Below the pieces are notes generated by a model, which was not told the origin of the DNA, did no database searches, and saw nothing but the letters and a program-made list of their open reading frames with translations. Position numbers and translations under genes: made by a program. From NCBI GenBank assembly GCA_041675145.1, contig JBAYUK010000002.1, positions 88,530 through 152,529 of the forward strand: 64,000 nt of DNA, in the 5' to 3' direction. This document shows, piece by piece, positions 55,032-63,341 of this stretch (position 1 is the stretch's first letter; every line of letters begins with the position of its first letter). This DNA is from Patescibacteria group bacterium (GTDB lineage Bacteria; Patescibacteriota; JACPGU01).

Positions 55032-56341
55032 AAAACATTCTATTAAAAAATAAGTTGGATATCTGGTATATTCTCGTTCTTTTCTTTATAACTATTCCTT
55101 TAGAGAGAATAGGTAGTTTTGGTCTGGCTGGTTTTACGGTTAGGTTGAGCCAGATAATAATTCTAGGCTTACTGTGTTTTTATTTCTGGAGTTTGGTTAA
55201 AAAAGAACAACGTGAAGTGGTCATGCCATACCCCATAGTGTTGTATGTTATTTTTCTCTGCGCAGGTCTAGTTTCCTTAATAACTGCTAAAGAACAGATG
55301 CGCGGGTTATTTATTCTTATTTTTGATGCTTTCATGATCAGTGTTCCTGTTGTAATCGTGTGGCTGGTAGATACACGTAAGAAGCTTGAGGCTATCATAG
55401 CTGTATTAGTATATATATCTGTAGTGGTTTGTGCCTTTGGGTTCTTCCAGTTTTTTGGTGATCTTATTGGTCTGCCACAAGCACTCACTGGATTGTCGGA
55501 CCGGTATGTCAAAATAGTGGTCGGTATTCCTAGGATACAGTCTACATTTATTGAGCCTTTGTACTTGGCAAACTTTTTAGTCTTTCCTCTTATGGCCACT
55601 GCATTTCTTAGTCTCAAGAAGAAACAACCAAAACGCATACAATACTTTGCTTTTTCAGTAATCTTTTTTCTAGCTATAGTTCTTACCTTATCTAAGGGAG
55701 GTATAGCAGTTACTATAGCTTTACTGCTAGGAGTAGTAGTGTTTTACTTTAGATCTGTCTTTTCTAAAAAAAATATCCCTTACTTTATTGCTCTTGCAGT
55801 GCTTATTGCTGGTCTCGGGTGGGGTATCTTAGGTATTAGCCAAAGAGCTCTGGATTTGAATAAGAATATTACGAAAGCAATAGAAGTGCTTACTGGTGGG
55901 TCTGTTCGCGAACGTCAGGAGGCCTCTGATACGGCTTTGCAGGCGTTTTACGAGCATCCTGTCACTGGGATAGGGGTGGGTAACTTTGGCCCATACTACG
56001 CCGGTTATCCAACGCAGGCTCCAGACTATGGGTGGGCTATTACAAATAACGAGTTTCTTGAGGTGCTAGCTGAGATGGGGATATTAGGACTTACTTTATT
56101 TATCTTGTTCCTTGGCTCTATCTTCTACCGGTCGATATATTTATATTTCATAGTAAAAGATGAGTTTACTCGGTTGGCACTTATTGCCACGCTCTTTGCA
56201 TTAGTTGGGGTGTTTATTCAGTACTTTACGTTCTCTACCTTATATATAATGCACATATGGGTGTTAATTGGTATAACGCTTGCAGCTCAAAATATTGCTC
56301 AAAAAGAAATAGATTCTAAAAGTAGGTTATTGCAAACATGA
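55028..56341 (+). CDS. Polytopic membrane protein, O-antigen ligase/polymerase (Wzy_C) family.
   Basis: About 11 TM helices. 'LTLSKGGIAVTIALLLG' occupies the Wzy_C signature position. 4-nt overlap with the upstream GT. Confidence 0.55.
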   Translation: MKNILLKNKLDIWYILVLFFITIPLERIGSFGLAGFTVRLSQIIILGLLCFYFWSLVKKEQREVVMPYPIVLYVIFLCAGLVSLITAKEQMRGLFILIFDAFMISVPVVIVWLVDTRKKLEAIIAVLVYISVVVCAFGFFQFFGDLIGLPQALTGLSDRYVKIVVGIPRIQSTFIEPLYLANFLVFPLMATAFLSLKKKQPKRIQYFAFSVIFFLAIVLTLSKGGIAVTIALLLGVVVFYFRSVFSKKNIPYFIALAVLIAGLGWGILGISQRALDLNKNITKAIEVLTGGSVRERQEASDTALQAFYEHPVTGIGVGNFGPYYAGYPTQAPDYGWAITNNEFLEVLAEMGILGLTLFILFLGSIFYRSIYLYFIVKDEFTRLALIATLFALVGVFIQYFTFSTLYIMHIWVLIGITLAAQNIAQKEIDSKSRLLQT

Positions 56342-57576
56342 TACAGTTGATCCCATTTATTATTACACTTCTTCTACCAAGCTATCTCATACGATTTAGT
56401 TTTTATGGTGTACCTACGACGTTACTCGAAATAATAGTATATGGTGGTTTGTGTGTAACACTTATTCATGCTGTGCATAGCAAGCAGTTTGTGCAAGCAG
56501 TAAAAAAAGTGTATTCAAATGTGTTTTTTAAATTAGCCATAATTCTATTGCTGGTTTCTGCTATAACTGTTTTCGTATCTCCTGATCTTTTATCTGCAGC
56601 TGGTATCTGGAAGGCTTATTTTTTCGACTCTCTTATATATATCTTCTTGTATATATATTGGGCGAGAAACAAGAAGGATATAGATATGGTGCTTGCATCC
56701 TTTAGTATTAGTGCAGGCTTACTCGTATTAGGCTCGTTACTATTACCCCGTTACGGCTTGTCGGTCGACGGAAGGTTGCAGAGCATATTCTCTTCACCAA
56801 ATTATCTAGCCTTATATATTACACCCGCTCTTCCTGTGTGTTGGTACCTTGTAACTCAAAAGGATTCACTTTTTATTAAGAGACTTTTTCTTGGGCTTAC
56901 TTTTCTTGTTATTCTAGCTGGAGTAATACTGACATACTCACGGGGAGCATGGATGGCATTACTGGGGGCTGGTATGGTTAGTTTATATTTTATTTATATC
57001 AGCAGAACTACTGGCAGGAAAAATAGAGTAGTAAAAGCAAGTTCGTATCATAAGAAGGTACTTCTCGTTATTACAGGATTGGTAGTAAGTATTACCACGA
57101 TAGGTTTGCTGTACTCAAGCTTATTTAAGTTTAGAGGCGTACAGTCTGATACTATACGAATTGCGATATGGCAACAGAGTATTAGCTACATAAAAGAAAC
57201 CCCACTACTCGGGGTTGGTCTTGGTAACTTTCAAAACTACTTTAGTGAACACACGAAAACATTTATAAACTTTCCTGAGTACATTACTCCTCATGCTCTT
57301 ACTCCGCACAATATGGTACTGAACTTATGGCTTCAAACTGGAATTATTGGGCTTACTGCTTTTCTAGTAGTAGTTGTACTGTTCTATACTAGAGTTAAAA
57401 ATGGAATACTCCAGGAAGAAGTACATACGAGAGGTTTGTATGTGGCACTCGGGTTGTCGATGGCTACTATACTGTTTCAGGGTCTAGTAGATAGTGCTAT
57501 ATGGAAAAATGACCTTATACTTGTATTCTGGATGGTGGTGATATCTATCTCGGTGAGTAGTACTAGGGATGTATAG
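56338..57576 (+). CDS. O-antigen ligase family (WaaL/Wzy_C) polytopic membrane protein.
   Basis: 'LTYSRGAWMALLGAGMVSL' is a classic Wzy_C motif. About 10 TM helices. Confidence 0.65.
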   Translation: MIQLIPFIITLLLPSYLIRFSFYGVPTTLLEIIVYGGLCVTLIHAVHSKQFVQAVKKVYSNVFFKLAIILLLVSAITVFVSPDLLSAAGIWKAYFFDSLIYIFLYIYWARNKKDIDMVLASFSISAGLLVLGSLLLPRYGLSVDGRLQSIFSSPNYLALYITPALPVCWYLVTQKDSLFIKRLFLGLTFLVILAGVILTYSRGAWMALLGAGMVSLYFIYISRTTGRKNRVVKASSYHKKVLLVITGLVVSITTIGLLYSSLFKFRGVQSDTIRIAIWQQSISYIKETPLLGVGLGNFQNYFSEHTKTFINFPEYITPHALTPHNMVLNLWLQTGIIGLTAFLVVVVLFYTRVKNGILQEEVHTRGLYVALGLSMATILFQGLVDSAIWKNDLILVFWMVVISISVSSTRDV

Positions 57577-57579
57577 TCT

Positions 57580-58047
57580 TTAAAACGGCCATATAGTAGT
57601 TATGATCTTCTCCCAGGATGCATGTTCTTTATCTGTGTGGTGATCAAGCCCGACTAGGTGAAGTAGACTGTGCAGGAACAAGTATTGATACGCCCTGGTC
57701 TTGCTTTTAAGTGGTATCGGATAAGAATTGATATTCTTATCAATAAAGCGTGGGCATAGGTAGATGTCTCCTAAGAGAATCTCTTTACTGCTCTTCTGCA
57801 CTTCTTTGAAAAGCGTAGTTGAAGTGATGTCTATAGGGAAAGAAAGAACATCAGTAGGCTTATTTATGCCTCTATGTTCCTTGTTTAAGCTTTGAATCTT
57901 CTTCTCTCCAACAATAATGAGTGAAACGAAGATGTTTTTGTTTTGTACTGCATAGAACTCTAAAAATTGAGAAAACATAAACAAAAAATACCGTTCAGGT
58001 ATTTTTTGTTTTGTACTGTTGGTTATAACAATGCTTTTGTGTTTCAT
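57580..58047 (-). CDS. ybeY: Endoribonuclease YbeY (rRNA maturation factor).
   Basis: 'HSLLHLVGLDHH' is the H-x3-H-x5-H zinc motif of the UPF0054/YbeY family. 155 aa. Confidence 0.8.
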   Translation of the reverse strand: MKHKSIVITNSTKQKIPERYFLFMFSQFLEFYAVQNKNIFVSLIIVGEKKIQSLNKEHRGINKPTDVLSFPIDITSTTLFKEVQKSSKEILLGDIYLCPRFIDKNINSYPIPLKSKTRAYQYLFLHSLLHLVGLDHHTDKEHASWEKIITTIWPF

Positions 58048-58493
58048 TATTTTTGAGATAGTATTTCACCAAGAATACGATTCACTACACTACCATCCGC
58101 TTTTCCTTTAATCTTTGGCATAAGCTCTCGCATAATACTTCCAGTTTTACCCTTATCTTCTTCAGACAGGGAAGCAATAACTTCGAGAATAGTAGCCTTG
58201 ATAGTTTCTTCATTCATTTGTTCTGGAAGGAAAGAGGCAATGATATCGTATTCTTTTTCTTCTTCTTGAGCTAAGTCATCTCTATTGTTATTTCTGTAAA
58301 CAGTAGCAGATTCCTTTCGCTTCTTTGCCTCTTTCCCGAGTACGTCCAGAACTTCAGATTCGCCTAATTCGCTACCTTTTTCAATCATCTTGTTTTTAAC
58401 AGCAGTCTTTAACATGCGAAGTACTGAGAGCATGGTCTCATTTTTTTCACGCATTGCTGCAACTAATTTTTCGTCGATGGTTGAGAGTAGCAT
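58047..58493 (-). CDS. yqeY: GatB/YqeY-domain protein.
   Basis: 148 aa. The N-terminal 'EKLVAAMREKNETMLSVLRMLKTAVKN' and the C-terminal 'IMRELMPKIKGKADGSVVNRILGEILS' are typical of YqeY. Confidence 0.75.
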   Translation of the reverse strand: MLLSTIDEKLVAAMREKNETMLSVLRMLKTAVKNKMIEKGSELGESEVLDVLGKEAKKRKESATVYRNNNRDDLAQEEEKEYDIIASFLPEQMNEETIKATILEVIASLSEEDKGKTGSIMRELMPKIKGKADGSVVNRILGEILSQK

Positions 58494-58502
58494 TGTATAG
58501 TT

Positions 58503-58715
58503 TTAGTATAGGAACTGTTTTACGCGAGTCTCTTTACGAATCTTCTTTCGAATAGCTCCTTCGCGTCTTTTCGTTTTAGATACTTTTTTCTTGCGATAAA
58601 TTTCTTCACGGGCACGGTTTAAGTTACCCTCTTGCTGGAGGAGGCGGTTAAATCTGCGCATTAGACTCTCGAAAGATTCGTTTTCTTTTCTTTTGAGTTG
58701 GTTCAAGGAAATCAC
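58503..58715 (-). CDS. rpsU: 30S ribosomal protein S21.
   Basis: 'ENESFESLMRRFNRLLQQEGNLNRAREEIYRKK' aligns with E. coli S21 '[33 protein letters not shown]'. 70 aa. Confidence 0.8.
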   Translation of the reverse strand: MISLNQLKRKENESFESLMRRFNRLLQQEGNLNRAREEIYRKKKVSKTKRREGAIRKKIRKETRVKQFLY

Positions 58716-58777
58716 CTCCTATCTGTAATGTGGCTTATTTTAGCTCAAAATAGAATAAAAAGCAACTGGAGATATTT

Positions 58778-60232
58778 TTATATTCCACCTGCAATATCTG
58801 ATAGTTTCTTATTATGAGCATCCAAGTAGTCAAAAATACTTGCATCCTGTAGGTTCTTCTCTTGTTTCTTTTGTGTTACTTGAGGAGTAGCAGTACTCTG
58901 TAAACTTGTACCGTGAGTGAGTGGGATCTGAAGCTTTGGGGTACTTTCGTTTACTACAGAGAAAGTGCCTCCATCATAATGGTCTGAGTCCTTGGTGTTA
59001 CTTGCAAAGCGATAGTTGTATGACATGACCTTAAGGTAGTACTCTCCGTCGGGTAGTAGGGCGTTAAATGATCCATTCTTGTCAGTAATCTTAGTAGCGA
59101 GGAGTTTGTTGTATTTCTTATCAAATATTCTAATAACTAAACCTATGATAGGTTTATGGGTGTTGATATCGAATATATATCCAAGTGGTTTAATGGGTTT
59201 CTCAGATAAAGCTCTCTTAAGGATAAATAGGAGAATGTACATTACGCACAGAATTGCGTTCACGATATCTGGGTTCACCCATAGTGCGAATAGCCCCATC
59301 ATGAATCCAAATACCAAGACCGGGTACGATATCTTTTCTAAGAATGAGCGAATAGCATCCTTTATTCTCGGCGCAGCAATGTGAGACGAAATAGGATCCA
59401 GCGGCACTGACTGGTTAAATGAGACTTCACCAGAGGTTCTGATTTGTTCACCGAAATATAGTTTTGTATAAGTACCGTCGTTAATGAGTCCTTGAGTTAA
59501 GGTTGAGGGAAACTGGAGAGTAGGCTTTGAAGCTGAAATAAGGTACGAACCTGCTTTTGGTTCAAAGTAGAATCGACCCTTCTCATCAGTGACAGCGGTT
59601 TGCACAATTGTTCTCGTAGCCGCATCGATGAGTCGTACAATACTAAGCTCAACTGGGTTTTTCGTTTGTGCATCATATACAGTACCCCAGCGTTTGATGT
59701 TCTTTTTCTTTTTTATGCCAAAGATATTTATAAGAGCATTAAATAGATAGTTTAAGAGTGGCAAGATATCTGCAGTTGAGCTGGCTACCGTAATTCCAGT
59801 TATTCCTAGTGTAAAGACGCTTGCACCCACAGCAGTTGGCGTTATGGTGTGTGCGGCAAATCTTTTAACCTCAGGGTTGTTACGGAAGTCGCTAATACGC
59901 TGAGAAATGGTAGGAGTAGGTAGTGGCTCTTGAATAGTGGGCTTTGGAGTAACAGGTACTACAGGAATGGGTGTTGGCTTTGGAGTTGGTTGCGGTATGG
60001 TTCCTGTGCCCTGGCTAGGTTGCGTACTAGGTTGTGTAGTAGGATTTACTTGATCTACTACAGGTGGCTCAGATGGAGGAGGAGTGTCGGTGGTAATAAC
60101 AGGAGGAGTTACGTCAACTTCAATGGTGATAGCATGAGAAACGACAGAGAAAGACCATGTTGAGATGGTAAGGGAGAAAATGAGAAATGCAAGTAGGCGA
60201 AAGTATTGAGATCTGTATTTCTTTGATTGCAT
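58778..60232 (-). CDS. Membrane protein with a signal peptide, a Pro/Thr-rich linker, and two carboxypeptidase-regulatory-like (transthyretin-like) beta-sandwich domains separated by TM segments.
   Basis: Signal peptide 'LLAFLIFSLTISTWSFSVVSHA'. The P/T-rich linker spans aa ~45-105. The duplicated motif is 'DEKGRFYFEPKAGSYLISASKP' / 'DKNGSFNALLPDGEYYLKVMSYNY'. The hydrophobic segment is 'YPVLVFGFMMGLFALWV…ILCVMYILLFIL'. Confidence 0.5.
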   Translation of the reverse strand: MQSKKYRSQYFRLLAFLIFSLTISTWSFSVVSHAITIEVDVTPPVITTDTPPPSEPPVVDQVNPTTQPSTQPSQGTGTIPQPTPKPTPIPVVPVTPKPTIQEPLPTPTISQRISDFRNNPEVKRFAAHTITPTAVGASVFTLGITGITVASSTADILPLLNYLFNALINIFGIKKKKNIKRWGTVYDAQTKNPVELSIVRLIDAATRTIVQTAVTDEKGRFYFEPKAGSYLISASKPTLQFPSTLTQGLINDGTYTKLYFGEQIRTSGEVSFNQSVPLDPISSHIAAPRIKDAIRSFLEKISYPVLVFGFMMGLFALWVNPDIVNAILCVMYILLFILKRALSEKPIKPLGYIFDINTHKPIIGLVIRIFDKKYNKLLATKITDKNGSFNALLPDGEYYLKVMSYNYRFASNTKDSDHYDGGTFSVVNESTPKLQIPLTHGTSLQSTATPQVTQKKQEKNLQDASIFDYLDAHNKKLSDIAGGI

Positions 60233-60346
60233 GGTACGTTTGTATGCGTTTTGAGATTGATTCTATTGTACCTGATTCGCTATGTCTTCCACAAGAACAG
60301 GAGAGAATTTTCTCGGTGGCAAAAAATATTGTTAAAAATAGCTTAT

Positions 60347-60375
60347 TTTAGCAACTATTGATAAGGTGTCACACT
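60347..60375 (+). promoter_or_regulatory. Sigma-70-like promoter (TTGATA-17 nt-TATACT) upstream of rny.
   Basis: Hexamers and spacing read directly, ~50 nt upstream of the rny ATG. Confidence 0.4.
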
Positions 60376-60424
60376 TTCTATATACTAGATAGGTAGATCT
60401 TTTATTCTTTAATGTATCAAACCT

Positions 60425-61945
60425 ATGACAAGCACGATATTATTTCTCGCTTTGGGTCTAGGCGGCGGCTTCCTTGTAAGCTACCTTTTACGTAACTTTC
60501 TGGATAACCAAAAAGTACAAAAAGCACGCAGCTCAGCTCAAACGATAATTGAAAAGGCAGAAACAGAGAAAAAGAATATATTACTTAATGCACGAGACGA
60601 ATCACTAAAGATACTGAGTGAGGCAAAACAAGAAGAGTTGAAGCGCAGAGAATATATTACAGGACTTGAGCAGAAGTTAACCAAGAAAGAAGAGACTCTT
60701 GATCAAAAGAGTAGTACTCTTGATCAGAAGCAACAGGAGATCGAACAGATTAAAAACCAAATCTCGCAGGAGAAAGAAAAGGTTAGCGAACTGCACAAGA
60801 AGCAAGAAGAGGAGCTTGTGAAGGTAGCTAAGCTCACTCGTGATGAAGCGAAGAACTTACTTGTATCGCAGGTAGAGCAAGATTTTAGTGATGTCTTGGC
60901 GAAAAAAGTTCGTCAAATGGAAGAAGAGGCTCGTGAGCAAGCAGAAGTACGAGCGCGTGGTATTGTGGCAAATGTTATAGATAGATACGCGGCTGACTTT
61001 ACAGCAGAGTTTACTGTTCTTTCTGTAGCGCTTCCGAACGATGAAATGAAAGGAAGAATCATTGGTAAAGAGGGTCGAAATATCCAGGCTTTTGAAAAAG
61101 CGACTGGAGTAGACCTTCTTGTAGATGATACTCCTGGAATGGTTACTATCTCTTCATTTGACACTGTTCGTCGTCATATCGCAAAGCTTGCTCTTGAGAA
61201 GATGATATTTGATGGCCGTATCCACCCAGCTCGTATTGAAGAGATTGTAGAGAAAGCAAAAAATGAAATTAACGAGAAGATCAAACAGGCTGGTGAGAAG
61301 GCAGTGTATGACCTTGGCCTTAATGATATCCACCCAGAGCTTATAAAGCTTCTTGGCCGTTTGAAGTTTAGAACGAGTTATGGTCAGAACCAGCTCGATC
61401 ACGCAGTTGAAGTTGCAAAGATTGCTGAGATGTTGGCTGCCGAAATTGGAGCAGACCGTGTGATGGCCAAAAAAGCTGCACTCTTCCACGATATCGGAAA
61501 AGCGCTATCTCAAGAGATGGGAGCGTCCCACGTGGATCTTGGACGAGATATCGCAGTGAAGTATGGATTTAGTCCTGAGATTATTAACGCTATGGAATCT
61601 AACCACGAAGGAGCGGAAGCTCAGACGGTTGAGGCAGTACTTGTTCGTGCTGCAGACGCTATATCTGCTTCTCGTCCTGGAGTACGCCGTGAAAGCGTTG
61701 AGAACTATGTTAAGCGTCTTAAAGAGCTTGAGGCTATTGCCAATACTTTTGATGGTGTAGATAAGTCGTTTGCGATTCAAGCTGGTCGTGAAGTGAGAGT
61801 TATTGTAAAGCCAGAGAAGATAGACGACTACGCAGCAATGAAGCTTGCGAACAGTATCGCAGCTAAGATTCAGAAGGATCTGATCTATCCAGGAAACATT
61901 AAAGTGAATGTAATTCGTGAAACGCGAGCAGTCGATTACGCATAA
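60425..61945 (+). CDS. rny: Ribonuclease Y.
   Basis: The N-terminal TM helix is followed by a coiled coil. The KH domain is 'KGRIIGKEGRNIQAFEKATGVDL'. The HD domain is 'LFHDIGKA'. 506 aa. Confidence 0.92.
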   Translation: MTSTILFLALGLGGGFLVSYLLRNFLDNQKVQKARSSAQTIIEKAETEKKNILLNARDESLKILSEAKQEELKRREYITGLEQKLTKKEETLDQKSSTLDQKQQEIEQIKNQISQEKEKVSELHKKQEEELVKVAKLTRDEAKNLLVSQVEQDFSDVLAKKVRQMEEEAREQAEVRARGIVANVIDRYAADFTAEFTVLSVALPNDEMKGRIIGKEGRNIQAFEKATGVDLLVDDTPGMVTISSFDTVRRHIAKLALEKMIFDGRIHPARIEEIVEKAKNEINEKIKQAGEKAVYDLGLNDIHPELIKLLGRLKFRTSYGQNQLDHAVEVAKIAEMLAAEIGADRVMAKKAALFHDIGKALSQEMGASHVDLGRDIAVKYGFSPEIINAMESNHEGAEAQTVEAVLVRAADAISASRPGVRRESVENYVKRLKELEAIANTFDGVDKSFAIQAGREVRVIVKPEKIDDYAAMKLANSIAAKIQKDLIYPGNIKVNVIRETRAVDYA

Positions 61946-61960
61946 TTTGCCTAAATAGAC

Positions 61961-61989
61961 TTGCTTTGCATAAAGCGCTTTGCTATAAT
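61961..61989 (+). promoter_or_regulatory. Sigma-70-like promoter (TTGCTT-17 nt-TATAAT) upstream of hup.
   Basis: Consensus-like hexamers with exact 17-nt spacer, ~50 nt upstream of the HU ATG. Confidence 0.5.
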
Positions 61990-62038
61990 TACTACAAAGA
62001 GTCCTATTAATAATATCTCGCGAGGAAGGAGAATAGTT

Positions 62039-62317
62039 ATGACAAACAAGGCACAACTCATCGAAAAAGTCGCACAATCTACCGGTCTATCGAAAAGCGT
62101 TGCAAGTATCGCTTTCAACACTATCTTTTCTTCGATCACGAAGTCACTAGCAGCTGGTGAGTCAGTTAGTATCGCAAGCTTTGGTAAATTCGAAATCCGT
62201 AAGCGAGCAGCTCGTTCTGGAGTAAATCCTCGCAAGATTCAGCAGAAGATTGAAATCCCATCTGTTACTGTTGCTCGCTTCAGAGCTGGTAAGGGTCTTA
62301 AGATGGCGGTTCGCTAA
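62039..62317 (+). CDS. hup: DNA-binding protein HU (histone-like).
   Basis: The ORF-track ORF (61961..62317) was trimmed to ATG 62039, which is preceded by an AGGAAGGAG RBS. 'MTNKAQLIEKVAQSTGLSKSVASIAFNTIF…SFGKFEIRKRAARSGVNPRKIQQKIEIPSVTVARFRAGKGLK' is canonical HU/IHF. Confidence 0.88.
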   Translation: MTNKAQLIEKVAQSTGLSKSVASIAFNTIFSSITKSLAAGESVSIASFGKFEIRKRAARSGVNPRKIQQKIEIPSVTVARFRAGKGLKMAVR

Positions 62318-62343
62318 TTTACGCTAACAAGAAGATCTCATAT

Positions 62344-62371
62344 AAAATCATCCGCATAGGCGGATGATTTT
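62344..62371. terminator. Bidirectional rho-independent terminator (AAAATCATCCGC-ATAG-GCGGATGATTTT) between hup (+) and tRNA-Arg (-).
   Basis: Perfect 12-bp inverted repeat flanked by A/T runs on both sides. Confidence 0.75.
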
Positions 62372-62381
62372 ATATATACAA

Positions 62382-62454
62382 TGCCGATGGGGGGAGTCGA
62401 ACCTCCAACCTTTTCCTTAGGACGGAACTGCTCTATCCATTGAGCTACATCGGC
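62382..62454 (-). tRNA. tRNA-Arg (anticodon CCU).
   Basis: The reverse complement reads GCCGATGTAGCTCAATGGATAGAGCAGTTCCGTCCTAAGGAAAAGGTTGGAGGTTCGACTCCCCCATCGGCA. The anticodon loop is GTCCTAA, with one G·A mismatch at the top of the anticodon stem. Confidence 0.7.
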
Positions 62455-62525
62455 AGAAGTCTATGTATTGTAGCTTTTTCACCCCTTCCTGTAAACTTTT
62501 CTCTCTTTTTGTGTATACTAGTACT

Positions 62526-63332
62526 ATGAAGAATAAGTTTCGTATAAGCCAACTAGCCCTGACATTTAACCCACGAGGGATACATGCTCGTACGCGCCAC
62601 AGGGAGCTTGTAGGGCGCCTAAAAGAGCAGAATATGCATGAAAGAATGCAGAAGGCTTTTCGTTCCCCGTATCTCTATGTAGGGCTTGGCCTTGTAATCG
62701 GGTTACTAGTCACTACACAGCTTAAAACTGAGTCTGCTAGACCTCTTTCTCCAGTTCAGTCATATGATCGGTTTATTGATCTTCAGAAGGAGTATCTAGA
62801 TACTCGAGAACAGCTCAAGCAAGAGTCAGTAAAGGTGAGAGCGGAGATTAGTGCGAAGGAAGACCAAGGAGGGGGAAAGAACGGGGTATCTTCTGCAATC
62901 CTCTCAGAAATTGCGCAACAGCAACTAATGGCAGGAGAGACGAAGGTTACCGGTCAAGGAGTAGTTGTCTCCTTGTCTGATGGAGACTCACAGATAAAAG
63001 ATGAGATAACAAAATCTCTTGTTCATGCTGCGGATCTTCGAGATATTGTGAATTTGTTATGGTACTCAGGTGCCGAGGCGATCTCTATTAACGGCGAAAG
63101 AATAACGCACAATACTTCTATAGACTGTATTGTAAGTACCATTCTCATCAATACTAATAACTACGCTCCTCCATTTACCGTGCGTGCAATCGGCAACTCG
63201 GGTGATCTGTATGGGGTATTAAATGGTTCACGCAAACTCGTTGATATCAAGAAACGAGCATCAAAAAAACAGATCACTTTCTCAATGGAGAAAAACGGTG
63301 ATATTACTGTCGATACGTTAAACGGACTATAA
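62526..63332 (+). CDS. DUF881-family protein (YlxW/YlxX-like, cell-division associated); start codon uncertain.
   Basis: TM segment 'LYVGLGLVIGLLVTTQL' is present. Family-conserved blocks 'TGQGVVVSLSDGD' and 'DLRDIVNLLWYSGAEAISINGERI' are present. The ORF-track start 62463 abuts the tRNA, so I moved it to the in-frame ATG at 62526; the ATG at 62634 is an alternative. Confidence 0.55.
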   Translation: MKNKFRISQLALTFNPRGIHARTRHRELVGRLKEQNMHERMQKAFRSPYLYVGLGLVIGLLVTTQLKTESARPLSPVQSYDRFIDLQKEYLDTREQLKQESVKVRAEISAKEDQGGGKNGVSSAILSEIAQQQLMAGETKVTGQGVVVSLSDGDSQIKDEITKSLVHAADLRDIVNLLWYSGAEAISINGERITHNTSIDCIVSTILINTNNYAPPFTVRAIGNSGDLYGVLNGSRKLVDIKKRASKKQITFSMEKNGDITVDTLNGL

Positions 63333-63341
63333 TACAGATAT

